From Candidatus Latescibacterota bacterium (GTDB lineage: Bacteria; Latescibacterota; UBA2968; UBA8231), in NCBI GenBank assembly GCA_965242865.1, contig CBDETK010000013.1, positions 5,344,001-5,408,000 of the forward strand: DNA of 64,000 bases, written 5' to 3'. The notes beneath the pieces were generated by a model. That model made no database searches, was not told where the DNA came from, and worked only from the letters and a program-made list of their open reading frames with translations. Made by a program: the position numbers and the translations under genes. Shown here piece by piece: positions 1-9,468 of this stretch. The first letter of the stretch is position 1. Each line of letters opens with the position of its first letter.

Positions 1-1118
1 TCGATCTCGGGGGGGCCAAGAGCATCACGGGGATCTCGTGGGATGCCGACACCCCGCCGGGGACCCGAATCACCGTGCAGACCCGCACCGGCAATGAGCT
101 CGACGCGGAGCAGTTCTTCTTCAAAAAGAACGGGGAGCCAATCACCGAGGCGCAGTTCAACAAGCTGCCCAAAGTGGTTCGCGGCGAGATCGTCGAAGTG
201 CCCAAGGAGGGGGCGGACTGGAGCGGGTGGAGCGAACCCCACCTTTCGCCGGGCCAGCCCTTTCGGTCGCCGACCCCTAGACAACTGTTGCGCATGCGGG
301 TGGGGCTGGAGACCGACGATCCCGAAATCACGCCGGTCCTCAACTCGGTGACGCTTCACTTTGACGAAGCACTGGTGCAAAAGGGCGTTGAGGCCGCGAT
401 CTATCCCCGGGAGGCGACCGCTGGCCAGTGGCAGGACTTTCGCTACGTGCTGCAACCCACCTTCACGGCCCGAGACCGAGGCTTCGATCGCGTGCTTCTG
501 CCCGTGCCCGGGCGCGTGCAGAAGGTATCGCTCCGGGTCAATGGCGCGGCGGTTGAAGGCGCGATCGAGTCCACCGCGGACACGCTCGTCATCGCCCTGC
601 CCCGACGGGTGCTGCGAGACTCAGTGGAGGTGATGTTCACGGCGCGTCCCCTGAACAATCCCACGCGCTTCCTCGCGGCCGTGGCCAACTCGGCGCAACC
701 GGATAATCTGCAAGAGGTGCGGCCCCCCGAGGTCGACGACGACGGGGACGGCCAATTCGATCGCACGGACCGGGAGGCCCTGTTCGTCTTCTTGCCCAAC
801 ACAGCTAGCGGCGGGACCATTCGCAACCTCGTGGTATCGAGCCGCGTCATCACGCCCAATGGCGACGCGGTCAACGACCAGTTGCGCCTTACCTTCGATC
901 TATTTCGCACCAAGGTTGCCGCTGAGTTGCAGCTCTACAATCTAGCGGGGCGGTTGCTGCGGGTCGTATCCGGCCAAGCGGGGGAGACGCAAGAGCTCGT
1001 GTGGGATGGGAGGGTCGACGACCGGCCGGCGGCCCCCGGACTGTACGTCTGCCGCGTAGCGGTGCCGGCCGATGCCGGGCCGGAGAGCAAAACCCTGCTG
1101 GTCAGTGTAGCGTACTAG
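1..1118 (+). CDS. Secreted protein with C-terminal FlgD-Ig / T9SS type-B-like sorting domain (5'-truncated by window edge)
   Basis: C-terminus has ITPNGDAVND...LQLYNLAGRLLR...WDGR...APGLYVCRV, typical of FlgD_ig/CHU_C tails; frame appears open upstream of 75. Confidence 0.7.
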   Translation, partial: DLGGAKSITGISWDADTPPGTRITVQTRTGNELDAEQFFFKKNGEPITEAQFNKLPKVVRGEIVEVPKEGADWSGWSEPHLSPGQPFRSPTPRQLLRMRVGLETDDPEITPVLNSVTLHFDEALVQKGVEAAIYPREATAGQWQDFRYVLQPTFTARDRGFDRVLLPVPGRVQKVSLRVNGAAVEGAIESTADTLVIALPRRVLRDSVEVMFTARPLNNPTRFLAAVANSAQPDNLQEVRPPEVDDDGDGQFDRTDREALFVFLPNTASGGTIRNLVVSSRVITPNGDAVNDQLRLTFDLFRTKVAAELQLYNLAGRLLRVVSGQAGETQELVWDGRVDDRPAAPGLYVCRVAVPADAGPESKTLLVSVAY

Positions 1119-1140
1119 CCTACTAGGAAGGTTGATCTTA

Positions 1141-3807
1141 ATGACGATACGTGGTGGTAAATCAACGCGGGCGAGCGGGACAGTCGGCGTCATCCTAGCC
1201 GTCCTGCTCCTCCAGGGGACGCCGAGCCGAGCTGTCGAAGTCGGTCTGTTCAATCCTTACCTCACGGAAGGAGCCCGAATCAGCCCTGAGACCCTAATTC
1301 CAACGCTGCGGAAGTGGTATCTGCCCCAAGCGCTCTACTCGCTGTACGGCTGGCAGGGGAGCGCGTACACCAACTACGCTCGGGACCAGTACCGGCGCTA
1401 CGTGCGCACCGAGCTCGAAGGCGACCGCTACTACGACCTCTACGGCAATTACTTCACTAAGGGCTGGAACATCTACAACTTCACCAATGAGTATCCGCGG
1501 GATTTCGGCAGTGGCATCTGGAAAGACCCCAACTTCAGCCAGTGGTTCAATCGCCTCATCGTAGTCTCCGGGGCCAAGGGACAGTTCCACACCTCCCTGA
1601 CCATTGGCGAGGGCATTCGCACCACCATGACGCCGCTGACCTTTTCCAAGCCCCTTTTCGACGGTTTGCAGTGGGACTTTCAGACCGATAAATACGGCGT
1701 AAGCGTCTTGGCGGCGCGGGCCGATTCGCCCGGGCGCGTGGCCGTCGCGGTCGACCAAGGCGCGGCGCGGCAAACGACCTTCACCCAGTTACTCGGCCTG
1801 AACGCAAGCATGGCGGTCGGCGATTTCGCCACGTTGGGGGGAAGGTACATGACGACCTTTCACCAGAACTCGACCCTCTCCCTCGACGAAAATTCGCTGC
1901 GCGGCGTCCTCGGCGGTCGCCTAAATGCGGGAAACGTCCAGCGGCTGATCGTGCGCCTGTCCGACGATTCCCCAGAAGATGGCGTCGGCGGCGCATTGCT
2001 GCTGCGCGAGCAGATCTTCATCGATGGCGTCGAGCATCCCGAGATCGACCCGATCATCGAAGGGGGGGTCGCGCGCGAGGGCCTGCTAGAGGCCAGTGGT
2101 TCCAACACGGTCACCTTAACCTATAACATCGAGACCGACTTCCGGCCGGGTCCCGAGGAGGAAATCACTGATTTCCGCGAGATCGAGCGAATTGAGGTGG
2201 GGTTGGTCGTGGCCAACGATTACCTCGTAGAAGTCGCGTCCAACCTGCAAACCAACGCGACGCTGGAGCCGGCCTTTCTGCCCGTCGCCCAAGCGCAGGG
2301 CAACGTCACCGATGCTTCCAACCAGCGCTTCATTCGCTTTCAGTACGGAATTCCTTCGAGCAACGAGTTGCGGGGGGTGAATCTGGCGATCAGCGATGTG
2401 AGAGGCTTCAATCTCCGCTCCGAGTACGTGAGCAATCGCCGCAACCGGCGGTTCCCCAACCAGACCATCCGCAGCAATCAGGCCCTGGCGCACGACGAGT
2501 CCGAGGCGTACTACGCTACGGCCTCGCAAATCGCGTACCCCTTCTTTGGATACGGGGAGGTCTTCAGCGTCGAGCCGGGGTATTCGACGTCGATGTTCAT
2601 CCCCGACTCGCAGGGCTTTGTCGATTACGAGAACGAGGAAAACTATCTCTACGAGCTCGTGGACGACAACGACGACCAAGATCGCTTCCCGGACTGGGTG
2701 CGCCGGAGCGCGAATTTGAGTGCCCTGTTTCCAAACCAGAATCAGTTCCCCGATCGGGAGGTGTTTCCCGGGCTCGACGAGAACCAAGACTTCATCTCCG
2801 ACTTCAATCAGAACCAGAACAACCAGCCCGATTACAGCGAGCCGTTCTTCCGCTACCACGTCGATCCGCCCGAATTCCTGTTCGGCACGGACATGAACAA
2901 CAACACCGTCATCGATCGGTTTGAGAACGACACGGAACCGGATTACCCGTACAAGCGGGACCGCAAGGGCTACAACTTCTACGTCGGGGTCGAGCTGATG
3001 CCGAACAGTCGCCTCATGGTCGGGCGCTCGCGGACGGAACAGCATTCCAGCAATCGCCGGGCGGCCTCCACCTACGGGCTGTTGACGCTCAAGAAGGAAT
3101 ATCCGCAGCGCAGTCTGTCGATCCAGCTAATGGAGTTCGCTCGCGCTGTCCAAGACGACATCCCCGACCATCTCATCCAGTGGGAGCAGCCGACGTTCTC
3201 CGCCGGTACGCTGCGGGATTTCAGCGATCCATTGATCGCGCAGAACACCTTCATCAACACCCTCTACCTGCAGGTAGATTGGGAACCGTTCGTCACCACG
3301 CAGACCAAGCTCAAGTACGACGCTTATAATCAGCGGGGGGAGGCAGCGCAGGGAACGCGGGACGAGACGTTCTTGGGCCTAATCAACAAGGCCGATCGCC
3401 AATTTTGGGCAACGCCGACGGTGCTCGTGTGGCCCCAGTGGAAGCAGCGGTTTTCTGCTCGCACGCCGACCGACCCGCGCGAGCGCAGTACGCGCGACCT
3501 AGCCGAACTCTTCTTCTTGCTCGTCAGCTATCGCATCTCCCCCAAGCTGACGCTCGGCTTTGGCACCGAGTACGAGCTTTTTAACAACCTCAAGAGCCGT
3601 CCACAGGGGGGGGCGGTTGACTACCAAGACGACTTCAGCCGCTTGACTTTGGCATCCCAGTTCTCCAATCAGGCGGCTTATCTGGGCTACGAGCTAACCG
3701 CGAACATCGGCATCCGGTGGACGCAACGCAGCGTGCGCGGAGCCGATGCCGACACGAACACGATGATCTTCGTAGATGTGTTTGCGGGGCTTGGAACCGG
3801 CCAGTGA
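1141..3807 (+). CDS. Uncharacterised large exported protein, probably outer membrane, with D/N-rich Ca-binding-like motifs
   Basis: ORF of about 890 aa, signal-peptide-like N-terminus, DDNDDQDRFPD / DENQDFISDFNQN / DMNNNTVID motifs, alternating beta-strand-like C-terminus; start uncertain (1132 or 1141). Confidence 0.6.
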   Translation: MTIRGGKSTRASGTVGVILAVLLLQGTPSRAVEVGLFNPYLTEGARISPETLIPTLRKWYLPQALYSLYGWQGSAYTNYARDQYRRYVRTELEGDRYYDLYGNYFTKGWNIYNFTNEYPRDFGSGIWKDPNFSQWFNRLIVVSGAKGQFHTSLTIGEGIRTTMTPLTFSKPLFDGLQWDFQTDKYGVSVLAARADSPGRVAVAVDQGAARQTTFTQLLGLNASMAVGDFATLGGRYMTTFHQNSTLSLDENSLRGVLGGRLNAGNVQRLIVRLSDDSPEDGVGGALLLREQIFIDGVEHPEIDPIIEGGVAREGLLEASGSNTVTLTYNIETDFRPGPEEEITDFREIERIEVGLVVANDYLVEVASNLQTNATLEPAFLPVAQAQGNVTDASNQRFIRFQYGIPSSNELRGVNLAISDVRGFNLRSEYVSNRRNRRFPNQTIRSNQALAHDESEAYYATASQIAYPFFGYGEVFSVEPGYSTSMFIPDSQGFVDYENEENYLYELVDDNDDQDRFPDWVRRSANLSALFPNQNQFPDREVFPGLDENQDFISDFNQNQNNQPDYSEPFFRYHVDPPEFLFGTDMNNNTVIDRFENDTEPDYPYKRDRKGYNFYVGVELMPNSRLMVGRSRTEQHSSNRRAASTYGLLTLKKEYPQRSLSIQLMEFARAVQDDIPDHLIQWEQPTFSAGTLRDFSDPLIAQNTFINTLYLQVDWEPFVTTQTKLKYDAYNQRGEAAQGTRDETFLGLINKADRQFWATPTVLVWPQWKQRFSARTPTDPRERSTRDLAELFFLLVSYRISPKLTLGFGTEYELFNNLKSRPQGGAVDYQDDFSRLTLASQFSNQAAYLGYELTANIGIRWTQRSVRGADADTNTMIFVDVFAGLGTGQ

Positions 3808-5399
3808 TGAGCATGTTGTCGCGGGCCGTTATCTTGCTGGCCGCGGGCCTGCTGGCCTGCCAACAGACCGAACCCCCCGAGTCAAAGCCCGTCGTCGTTG
3901 CCATCGTCGGCCGGGATACGATCGACGTCGAGTCCTACCGCGAGATGGCCACGAAACTGCTCGCCTCTTCCCACCGCGGCCAAGACCCCGCCCGGCTCGA
4001 CACGAGGCGTCGGTTGCTCGCTGCGATGATCGACAGACAGCTTCTGGTCATGGAGGGACGCCGCCGGAAGTTGGACGCATCGCCGAGAATCGCCGCGGCC
4101 CTTGAGCAGCTACAGGGCAAACTCCTCTGGCGCGCCTTGTTCAACGCGGTGGCTAGCGACGCCGGGCGCGACACCGCGGGCATTCAGACCTTTGCCATTG
4201 AAAAGGGATTCACCGAAGAGGTGCTGCTCCAGCACGTGATGCTGACCAATGAGGCCGATGCGTGGAGCGTTCTCAAAGCACTTGAGGCGGGAGAGCCGTT
4301 TGACGTGCTCGCGGTCGAGCGTTCGACCCACCACGAGACCGGCAGCTTGGGGGGCTACTTTAGCTACATGTCCGTGTCCCAAGTGCTCCGCGAGGTGCGC
4401 GAGCAAGTTCTGTCGCTGGAGCTCGGTCAAACGCACCCGCAACCGCTGACCTCCCGCTATGGGGTTCACGTGTTTCGCCTCGTCGATCGTCGCCCCGCCG
4501 ACCTCGCGAGCCGGTGGGACGTGGTGCTCGAGGAGTTCCGCGCCCGCGAGCGCACGCGCGTCTTTGAGAGCTTTGCCGACAGCTTGGCGGAGGCGCAGGG
4601 GCTAGTCTGCGAGCCACCAGCGGGCGACCGGCCGGCGTCGGACCCGCTTTGTACTTGGGCGACCGGCCAGTTGTTGGCGTCCGACATCGACTGGGCCGCT
4701 GCCGAGGCCGATCTGTACGCCAAGGCCCGGGAGCGGCTCGTCCGCGCGGAGGCCAAGCGGCGCGGTATGGACCGTCGACCCGCGGTCCGCGCCCCGATCG
4801 CGGCGCGCAGGGAAGAGATGATGATCGACAGCCTCCGGCGTCAGGTGGTCGGACGCCTTGAGGTGTCGGAGGCCGAGAAGCGGTTGTACTACGAGCAACA
4901 CCCCGAGCTGTACGGGCCGCGCCCGGCCGTGCGCGTCAATGAAGTGCTCGTCGCCGACCGCACGCTGGCGCGCCGACTCCGCGGCCAAGCCGAGGCGGGG
5001 GCGTCCATCGACTCCTTGGCGCGGGCCTACAGCATTCGCGAAGTGACGAAAAAAAGCGGCGGGTCGATGTGGCTCGTCACGAGAGACAACCCGCTCTTGG
5101 GGCCGCTCGCGCCCCTCGCGCTCGACTCGGAAGTGGGGGTGCTCTTGGGGCCGCTCGAAGTGCCCGGCGGGTATTCCGTGCTGCGCATCGCCGAAAAGAG
5201 TCAGACCCCGGCGCGCCCGTATGAGGCGGTGGAACGGAATATTGCCGTGATCCTCCGCCTGCGTGCCGAGCATCAGCGGATGGACTCTTTGCTCGTCCAA
5301 CTCCGCGTGGACTTTGCCGACGAGATCGCGGTTTATGAAGACGTGCTGGGTGCTGAACTGGCCGATTGGGGGGATCGCGAAGCCGATGCCCGGAATTGA
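3807..5399 (+). CDS. Parvulin/PpiC-type peptidyl-prolyl isomerase lipoprotein (PrsA/SurA-like, two rotamase domains)
   Basis: ATG overlaps upstream TGA; lipobox LLAC; GEPFDVLAVERS..GG, SRYGVHVFRL and second domain SIDSLARAYS..GG..GGYSVLRI. Confidence 0.75.
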   Translation: MSMLSRAVILLAAGLLACQQTEPPESKPVVVAIVGRDTIDVESYREMATKLLASSHRGQDPARLDTRRRLLAAMIDRQLLVMEGRRRKLDASPRIAAALEQLQGKLLWRALFNAVASDAGRDTAGIQTFAIEKGFTEEVLLQHVMLTNEADAWSVLKALEAGEPFDVLAVERSTHHETGSLGGYFSYMSVSQVLREVREQVLSLELGQTHPQPLTSRYGVHVFRLVDRRPADLASRWDVVLEEFRARERTRVFESFADSLAEAQGLVCEPPAGDRPASDPLCTWATGQLLASDIDWAAAEADLYAKARERLVRAEAKRRGMDRRPAVRAPIAARREEMMIDSLRRQVVGRLEVSEAEKRLYYEQHPELYGPRPAVRVNEVLVADRTLARRLRGQAEAGASIDSLARAYSIREVTKKSGGSMWLVTRDNPLLGPLAPLALDSEVGVLLGPLEVPGGYSVLRIAEKSQTPARPYEAVERNIAVILRLRAEHQRMDSLLVQLRVDFADEIAVYEDVLGAELADWGDREADARN

Positions 5400-5414
5400 A
5401 GAGTACTGGGGGTC

Positions 5415-6626
5415 ATGCCGGCCGTTTTGGTCTTTTTGCTCCTGAGTGCCTGCGAGGGGGCTGCGCCCGAACAACAGCAAGAAGCGGCCCAAGCCGTCCT
5501 CGACAGCGCGCTCAAACACTCGGCGCACGGTGAATCAGCCAAAGCGATCCGGCTGCTGCGCCGCGCGGCGCAGCTAGACCCACAGGATCCGGTCATCCCC
5601 TACAATCTCGGCAACAACTGGGCGCGGCAGGGCCGTCTAGAGCAAGCCGCGGCGGCGTACCAACGAGCGATATTCCTCTCGCCTGAGTACGCGGCCGCCC
5701 ATTACAACCTAGGCTCCGTGCGCTCGGCGGCCGGACGGCACGGAGAAGCGGAAGCCCTGATGGTGCGCGCGATCGAGGCCGACAGTGGCTATCAGCCGGC
5801 TCACAAGGCTTTGGCCCAGTTGCGGGAACGGCGCGGCGACTACGCTGGTGCCCTTGAGGCGCTGGAGATTGCGGTGGGGATTCGCCCCGACGATGTGGAG
5901 GCGCGCAATCAGCTAGGCTACCTGCTGGGGAAGCAGGGGCGACCGGCTGCGGCCGCAGCCGTGTTGCAGAAAACGCTGCACATCGACTCGACCCACGCAG
6001 ACACGTGGGCTTACCTAGGGGCGCTCCAGCTCGCCGCCAAGGACTTTGCGAGTGCTCGCCCGCATCTCGAAAGGGCCATCCAACTCGACGCGCACCACAC
6101 AAAGGCGCACTTTGATCTGGCCAACTGTCTGCTGCGACTGGGCGAGCAGGAGAGTGGACGAAAGATGCTGCGTCGGTTTGAGATGCTGCGCTCGATTGAC
6201 ACGGATATCGCCAAGTACCGCGAGGCGATTCGCCACGACCCCGCCGACCCGGTGCTCTACGAGGCACTGGCTCGCCGGTATGCAAAGCGGGGCGCGGCGG
6301 ACCGAGCGATTCAACTCTATCGACAGGCCATCGCCCGAGACGCTGCATTGGCCGCGGCCCACAACAACTTGGGCAATCTCCTGCTACAGCAGCAGCGACC
6401 CGAAGAGGCGGCCCGGGCCTATCGAGCCGCGTTGCTCGCGGACTCCACCTACGCCCTCGCCCACAATGGGATCGGCACCGTCCGACTGCTCTCGGGGAAT
6501 AGGATCGGGGCCATGGCGGCCTTTGCGCGCGCCGTCGCATTGGACTCCTCAAACCGCACGTTCGCCGACAACCTCCGATCGGTACAGATCCTCCTACAAC
6601 ACGCCGAGGAATCGCATGAGCACTGA
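5415..6626 (+). CDS. Tetratricopeptide-repeat lipoprotein
   Basis: Lipobox LLSAC; many TPR units (YNLG, AHYNLG, AHNNLG). Confidence 0.85.
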   Translation: MPAVLVFLLLSACEGAAPEQQQEAAQAVLDSALKHSAHGESAKAIRLLRRAAQLDPQDPVIPYNLGNNWARQGRLEQAAAAYQRAIFLSPEYAAAHYNLGSVRSAAGRHGEAEALMVRAIEADSGYQPAHKALAQLRERRGDYAGALEALEIAVGIRPDDVEARNQLGYLLGKQGRPAAAAAVLQKTLHIDSTHADTWAYLGALQLAAKDFASARPHLERAIQLDAHHTKAHFDLANCLLRLGEQESGRKMLRRFEMLRSIDTDIAKYREAIRHDPADPVLYEALARRYAKRGAADRAIQLYRQAIARDAALAAAHNNLGNLLLQQQRPEEAARAYRAALLADSTYALAHNGIGTVRLLSGNRIGAMAAFARAVALDSSNRTFADNLRSVQILLQHAEESHEH

Positions 6627-6813
6627 CTCCTCGGCCCGATTGACCGCTTGGCGGGTTGTGAAATATATTGCGAGTCGCGTATGAGCAGCGGCAGCGCGAC
6701 CATGGCTTGGCCCTGTGTTGTTGCCGAGTTTTTGGCAACCGTACGCGGTCGTGGTTTGCAAATCCCTCAGAGTTAAACCCTTATGATCACTAGATAACGA
6801 CAAGGAGCTCGAT

Positions 6814-7965
6814 ATGGACCAGGTGCGAATTGGCATTATTGGCCTCGGCGGCATGGGCAGCAGCCACGCCACTTACCTTTCCCAAGGCCAAATCGCCGGC
6901 GCGGCACTCGCGGCCGTAGCCGACATCGATCCGGCCCGGCTGGCCGGCGTGCAGGACCGCTACGGTGCGGGTGTGCAGGCGTTTGCCGGGGCCGACGCCC
7001 TGTTGGCGGCCCAATGCGTAGATGCCGTGATCGTAGCCACCCCTCACTACTTCCACCCGCCGCTGGTGATCGCCGCGCTGGAAAACGGCCTGCACGCGAT
7101 GAGCGAAAAGCCGGCTGGGGTCTATACGCGCCAAGTCCGCGCGATGAACGAGGCCGCGGCCAAAAGCGACCGGATTTTTGGCATGATGTTCAACCAGCGG
7201 GCGCGTGGCGAGCACCAGCAGCTCAAGTCGCTCGTCGAATCGGGCGAGTTGGGGCCGATCCGCCGCACGATTTACATCATCAACAACTGGTTCCGCGCCC
7301 AAAGCTACTACGATTCGGGCGGCTGGCGGGCGACTTGGGCCGGCGAGGGCGGCGGCGTGTTGGCCAACCAGTGCCCGCACAACCTCGACCTGTGGCAGTG
7401 GATATGCGGGATGCCGCAGCGGGTGCGGGCCTTTTGTCGCTTTGGGCAATACCACGACATTGAGGTCGAAGACGACGTAACCGCGTATGTCGAATACGAG
7501 ACCGGAGCGACGGGCGTCTTTATCACTTCTACGGGCGAGGCCCCGGGGACCAATCGGCTGGAGATTTCAGCGGACCGCGGCAAAGTGGTGTTGGAGGGCG
7601 GTAAAATCACCTTTTGGCGCACGACAAAGTCGGCGAGCGAATTCCTCGCAGAGTGGCCGCATGGGTTTGGCAGTCCCGAGGTCTGGAAGTGCGAGATACC
7701 AAGCGGTCGCGGCGCAGAGCACCAAGGGATTACCCAAAACTGGGTGCAGGCCATCCGCACGGGGTCGCCGCTACTGGCCGCCGGGACCGAGGGGATCAAC
7801 GGCGTGGAGCTGGCCAACGCGATGTTACTTTCGACGTGGACGGACGATTGGGTCCCCATCCCGGTGGACGAGGATTTGTACTACGAGGAGCTGCAAAAGC
7901 GGGTGGCCACCTCCAAGGCCAAGGAGGAGCGCGGCCAGGTGATGAACGTGCAGGGGACGTTTTAG
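6814..7965 (+). CDS. Gfo/Idh/MocA family oxidoreductase
   Basis: GIIGLGGMG Rossmann motif, ATPH..H, EKP motif; AAGGAG RBS. Confidence 0.9.
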   Translation: MDQVRIGIIGLGGMGSSHATYLSQGQIAGAALAAVADIDPARLAGVQDRYGAGVQAFAGADALLAAQCVDAVIVATPHYFHPPLVIAALENGLHAMSEKPAGVYTRQVRAMNEAAAKSDRIFGMMFNQRARGEHQQLKSLVESGELGPIRRTIYIINNWFRAQSYYDSGGWRATWAGEGGGVLANQCPHNLDLWQWICGMPQRVRAFCRFGQYHDIEVEDDVTAYVEYETGATGVFITSTGEAPGTNRLEISADRGKVVLEGGKITFWRTTKSASEFLAEWPHGFGSPEVWKCEIPSGRGAEHQGITQNWVQAIRTGSPLLAAGTEGINGVELANAMLLSTWTDDWVPIPVDEDLYYEELQKRVATSKAKEERGQVMNVQGTF

Positions 7966-7967
7966 GA

Positions 7968-9458
7968 ATGCAAAACCAACTAGTCTTTGAATTTGCCGAA
8001 AAACCGCCCGAAGTTTCTACTAAAACAGCGAGTACCCCAAAGGGCTATACCGGTCTGTACGGCTTTCATAAGTACTGGGGCAAAAAGCCCCACGAACCCT
8101 TGGCGTTCGCGATTGAACAACTCACCGCTGAAGGAGACACCGTTCTCGATCCGTTTGTCGGATCAGGTACTGCTGCCCGAGAATCCCTATTGCGAAATCG
8201 CCGGTTTATTGGCTTTGACATAAATCCCATCGCCATCGAGATCACAAAGCTCTTGGCCTCGCCACCGAAATACGAATCCGTGCTTAACGCCTTCGAGCGT
8301 TTAGAAAAGAACGTTAAGGATTCAATAAACCAAAGCTATCTTTTGCGTGATGGCCGCATCGCTTCTCATTATCTGTGGGAAAACGACAGTCTCCAACAAA
8401 TTTGGTTGCGTGGAGGGAGGGGAAATGCCCGTGAAGAATTGACTCCAACTGCACAAGATCTGAAACTGATTGACGACTTCAACGGTTATCAGAGCCAATA
8501 TCTCAGGCCGCCTCAATTTTTTTCTAATAGCCGAATCAATGCACATCGGGACTTGACGATTTCTGATATCTTGACCGGGCGGGCACAGCGCAATTTAGAT
8601 TTGCTGTTGAGCGGAATCGCTGAATTTCCCCCTAGCCTTGCGAATCCACTCAGATTATGCCTTACGGCAGCATCTGGTCAAATGACCAAAATGGTTTTTG
8701 CTATTACTAAAAGAGGAAAAACTATTGGAAAAGCTGCGGACAAGGTTGAAGTAGGCAGTTGGGTTATTGGATACTGGTGCCCAATGTTGCATTTTGAAGT
8801 AAACGTGTGGAATTGCTTTGAGCGTCGTGTGGTAAAACTTCTAAAAGCGATAAAATTCAATGATCCATTGAGTGGCTTACATGTATCTACTTCACTTTCA
8901 GAGTATTATAGAGATACATTGCAATGTTGCATCGAATGTGCTCCGTGCCAAAGTTCGGTTTCTCTTGTCAAAGATCATTCCGTGAAACTCATACTAACGG
9001 ATCCTCCTCATAGCGATCGCATTCCATATTTAGAGTTGAGTGAACTTTGGAACTCCATTTTAGGTGCCGAACCGAATTTTGATGATGAAATAGTGATCTC
9101 TAACGCGAAAGAACGCGAGAAATCGCCGGAGATCTATGGGGCCGCTATGAACGATTTTTTTTCACAGTGTTCAAGAATTTTGCAGAGCGATGGCTTGCTA
9201 ATCCTTATTTATAATGCTCGGCAGAGGGAGCGCTGGGAGTTTGTCAACCGACTAATCGAAGATTATCGCAATAGCCGACTTTGTTATATCGGTCAGTTCC
9301 CGTGTAACTATTCGGCTAGATCAGTAGTTCAGGACAATAGAAAGGGTGGGCTAAGAAACGATACTGCGCTGGTGTTAGGTAATTCGCACGTCGATTCGGA
9401 GATAGTAGCCTTACTACGCCATATACCAAATTGGTCCGATAAGGCACCATTTCATTGA
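7968..9458 (+). CDS. Amino-DNA methyltransferase (m6A/m4C) of a restriction-modification pair
   Basis: HKYWGKK, motif I VLDPFVGSGT, motif IV-like ILTDPPH; abrupt shift to AT-richer DNA right after the upstream stop; start taken at ATG 7968. Confidence 0.85.
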   Translation: MQNQLVFEFAEKPPEVSTKTASTPKGYTGLYGFHKYWGKKPHEPLAFAIEQLTAEGDTVLDPFVGSGTAARESLLRNRRFIGFDINPIAIEITKLLASPPKYESVLNAFERLEKNVKDSINQSYLLRDGRIASHYLWENDSLQQIWLRGGRGNAREELTPTAQDLKLIDDFNGYQSQYLRPPQFFSNSRINAHRDLTISDILTGRAQRNLDLLLSGIAEFPPSLANPLRLCLTAASGQMTKMVFAITKRGKTIGKAADKVEVGSWVIGYWCPMLHFEVNVWNCFERRVVKLLKAIKFNDPLSGLHVSTSLSEYYRDTLQCCIECAPCQSSVSLVKDHSVKLILTDPPHSDRIPYLELSELWNSILGAEPNFDDEIVISNAKEREKSPEIYGAAMNDFFSQCSRILQSDGLLILIYNARQRERWEFVNRLIEDYRNSRLCYIGQFPCNYSARSVVQDNRKGGLRNDTALVLGNSHVDSEIVALLRHIPNWSDKAPFH

Positions 9459-9468
9459 AAGATGAACA

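Noticed and set aside
7614-7967. N-terminal extension of the 614-aa methyltransferase ORF
   Set aside because: Overlaps the oxidoreductase in another frame; composition shift and ATG support a start at 7968
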